DNA of 47,579 nucleotides from NCBI GenBank assembly GCA_018969385.1, contig JAGWYL010000004.1, positions 1 through 47,579 of the forward strand, read 5' to 3'. Below the pieces are notes generated by a model. It saw only the letters and a program-made list of their open reading frames with translations. It did no database searches and had not been told where the DNA came from. The stretch's first letter is position 1; each line of letters opens with the position of its first letter. The DNA is from Patescibacteria group bacterium. Its GTDB lineage: Bacteria; Patescibacteriota; Minisyncoccia; Phycocordibacterales; Phycocordibacteraceae. The position numbers and the translations under genes were made by a program. Shown here piece by piece: positions 47,542 to 47,579 of the stretch.

Positions 47542-47579
47542 CCGAAGAAACATACCGATATATCGGTATGTTTCTTCGG
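47542..47579. repeat. Perfect 38-bp palindrome at window end
   Basis: CCGAAGAAACATACCGATA|TATCGGTATGTTTCTTCGG; may extend beyond the window. Confidence 0.85.

Overview
GC-rich bacterial chromosomal segment read with genetic code 11 (TGA is used as stop). Gene content and order point to Patescibacteria/Parcubacteria (CPR); this is inference from tandem VirB2/TrbC-like pilins behind a solute-binding protein, an orphan PaaX/Cas2-like gene, a degenerate HisRS paralog, the bS21-ybeY-ftsA-ftsZ block, class I aldolase and many apparently leaderless genes. From left to right: four tRNAs; a complete IS481-family element with a 6-bp target duplication; an SPFH-like two-gene operon; five pilins plus an SBP; methyltransferase and gpsA; three small helical ORFans; a wHTH-Cas2-like gene bracketed by two 36-bp dyad sites; a DUF5678-like/retropepsin pair; gyrA; an MBL-fold gene; about 700 bp of structured non-coding DNA before rpsA; hydrolase, pth, lepB, hisS-like, rpsU, ybeY, ftsA, ftsZ, trxB-like, phosphatase, prs, fba, IMPase, cysteine synthase-like; MarR-MFP-RND; and an envelope block (PBP1C, alpha-2-macroglobulin, L,D-transpeptidase/DD-carboxypeptidase fusion). 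Best novelty candidates: (1) a ~480-nt multi-domain structured RNA candidate upstream of rpsA; (2) the wHTH-Cas2-like cassette bounded by paired 14-8-14 dyad sites; (3) near-perfect palindromes, one lying in frame inside a protein; (4) a promoter-driven structured transcript with a 23-codon ORF. All calls are by eye; no searches or folding programs were run.
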